A DNA stretch of 64,000 nt from Octopus sinensis (Eukaryota), in NCBI RefSeq assembly GCF_006345805.1, contig NC_043016.1, forward strand, positions 2,418,001-2,482,000, given 5' to 3'. Positions within the stretch are counted from its first letter, which is position 1; every line of letters begins with the position of its first letter. Position numbers and translations under genes: made by a program. The notes below the pieces were generated by a model that made no database searches, was not told the DNA's origin, and saw nothing but the letters and a program-made list of their open reading frames with translations. This document shows, one piece after another, positions 61,958-64,000 of the stretch.

Positions 61958-63020
61958 TGTGTGTGTCTGTGTCTGTGAGTGTCCATTTATTTTAACCCCA
62001 TCAACACGATTCCTGAACAACGATGTCAGTTTGCCACGCAATTGAACCTAAGTCTCAATATGAGAGTACGAAATTCTCCTGATGCAACTTTCGCGACCCA
62101 TCGAAGCGACATCGGATCTGGAAACTGTTCGTATCACTGAGAAGCACCATTCAAACTCGGTTGGAATTGATACTGGAAACTTCATCCATTTCCGGAATAT
62201 GCACATTCGTTTTTGAGGGTTTAACTGAACGCATCGTGGTTGTGTTCACGAGCTGTTATAGCTTCTATCAATAAAGTGGTCAATAATGTGCTAATGACCA
62301 CAGGATTAACAACTTCCCAGGAGAAAGTCGACAATGTCTAAGTTCGAAAACTATAGTCGACGGAAATTATCACCAATATCCACGGGATTTCTTTGACAAC
62401 TTGAATCCATCGCGACTACCTATGCATAGGATCTCATTGAAAAAGTACTGTCCTATAATGCACCAACGAAATTTTGATCCTGCCAATGGACATTGCAACG
62501 GAACAAGATACACCGTCATGGAATTCAATTCTCACGTCATCAAGGCATTGATAGCGATTGGCCTTCATAATGGTAAGCGCCTGTTCATACCTCGGATACC
62601 TCCGACAACCAGTTTCCCTTCCAATCACGACGCAGGCAGTATTCCATCAAACTAGCCTTCTCATTCACAGCTAACAAGTCCCAGGGCGAGACTTTATATC
62701 GTGTTGGTGTGTTTCTGCCCAGTCCGATGTTCAATCTCGGCCAGTTGTATGTCGCTATGAGCAGAGCAACGGACTCAGCTAATTTGAAAATTAGTGTTGA
62801 TCAAACACAGAATATCGTTTACAAAGAAGTTTTGTAAGCGTAAGAATATCATGAATATGTACTATGTAAAGCTGTACATAAGTATAATCAAAACCAACCG
62901 TTATTTATATTTTGTTACATTTCCCATGTCATATTTCAGTCTAAATACATTCATACTTAAAGTTGTTATTATTTTCTACCTTCCTTTCATTTCCCGTCGT
63001 AGATGGGTAGGTTTCCGTGA
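61300..63020 (+). mobile_element. Helitron deletion derivative H3 carrying a helicase C-terminus
   Basis: The start is blurred in (TA)n. Contains the helicase remnant below; hairpin CCCGTC-GTA-GATGGG at 62993-63007 resembles the H1/H2 terminal hairpin, but the terminal CTRR is not clean. Confidence 0.7.
62048..62837 (+). pseudogene. Helitron RepHel PIF1-like helicase C-terminal fragment, frameshifted
   Basis: LSLNMRV..DIGSG, FPGE..YPRDFFDNLNPSRLPMHRISLK..PIM..RNFDPANGHCNGTRY..GKRLFIPRIP, RRQYSIKLAFSFTANKSQGETL..VGVFLP..GQLYVAMSRA..NIVYKEVL*. Confidence 0.93.
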
Positions 63021-64000
63021 TAGAATGGTCAACAAAAAGGTACTCCATCTAATGAGAGATGTATATTATTTATTTAAAGGACACAATACATGTCTTTAAG
63101 TGCTATCAATAGTTTCATATGTTGAGAAATATCTCAAACATATTTATCAGGCACAAACCACATATCATAATGAACAAAAAAACAAATTAATAAGTGAAGA
63201 AACGCGAAAACGCTGAGAATGAAGCGTATAGAAAATTCGGAAAAAGAAAAACCGAAAATCGAAGACATAACAATTAAAATGTAAAAAAAAAAAAAATGCT
63301 AAATGAGTTCTCCTCTTTAGACTTTATATTATCAGGCTGGAAAGATATCAACAAGTTAGTCAGGTAATAAGGCGGAATTTTCAAATTCTTCAAAATGTAT
63401 TTATACAGATGAATGGAACCGCTGAAAATTTCAGACCTAGATTCCAGTAGAGAGTTTGGGATTTTAGATCTGAACAGGATTTTAAGCTCTTTTAACTAAA
63501 CATAGCCTACGTTTATTTGATCTATTACCGTAAGGTATGGATTTCTGAATTATTTTTCCACTTAATCACGTGCTGTTTCGTTATCTTGCACACACCGTAC
63601 GTATCTAGCCAACTTAGTAGTTTTGCTTTTGCTTTTATGTTGGAAGGAGGCTATGTGATTGATAGAAGGAGTTTAAAATTCCCCTTTACATAATCCAATA
63701 TAGGTCTTTCTATCAGTTTTATTATAATTTAGGGTCGCAGTAACTTCTGCCTCATATATAACAGATTTAATCATACACCGTTGGTCAAGAGGACTGGATC
63801 CTGTGTCGCGACGTTACAACTGGATTTAGGCTAATAGCATTGATCTCGTGTAATGATACTCTTTATATTGGGGTAGCAGCTATATTATAATTTCACAGGA
63901 CGCCTATTAAATATTTTCCTGTATATGTGAGTTACTGGAAAGTGTTTTTCTAGGAGACACAGAAAGTTTTTACCTATATTAGTTTTTATACAAAGGGAAA

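Overview
AT-rich animal genomic DNA made almost entirely of transposable elements and microsatellites. The SINE/LINE set resembles octopus (coleoid cephalopod) repeats; this is an inference, not a database result. I find no supportable host protein-coding gene, rRNA, tRNA gene or CRISPR array, and most ORFs in the supplied track are microsatellite artefacts. Recognisable content: (1) a near full-length but inactivated Tx1-clade LINE plus a second, diverged 5'-truncated copy, with all four junctions in (GATA)n; (2) decayed RTE and CR1-group LINEs and two different Penelope-like elements; (3) several R4/Dong-type restriction-like-endonuclease LINE fragments and five copies of a non-coding ~550-bp element, embedded in (TTA)n tracts; (4) many tRNA-derived SINEs, two families of which share 3' tails with LINEs present in the window (Tx1 and CR1-group); (5) a TA-flanked MITE; (6) a Helitron cluster at 57.2-63.0 kb with a head-to-tail dimer joined exactly CTAG|TC and a helicase-bearing deletion derivative. 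The best leads are the apparent (GATA)n targeting by Tx1, the ~550-bp (TAA)n-embedded element with fixed ends, and a SINE carrying a Tx1-like tail.
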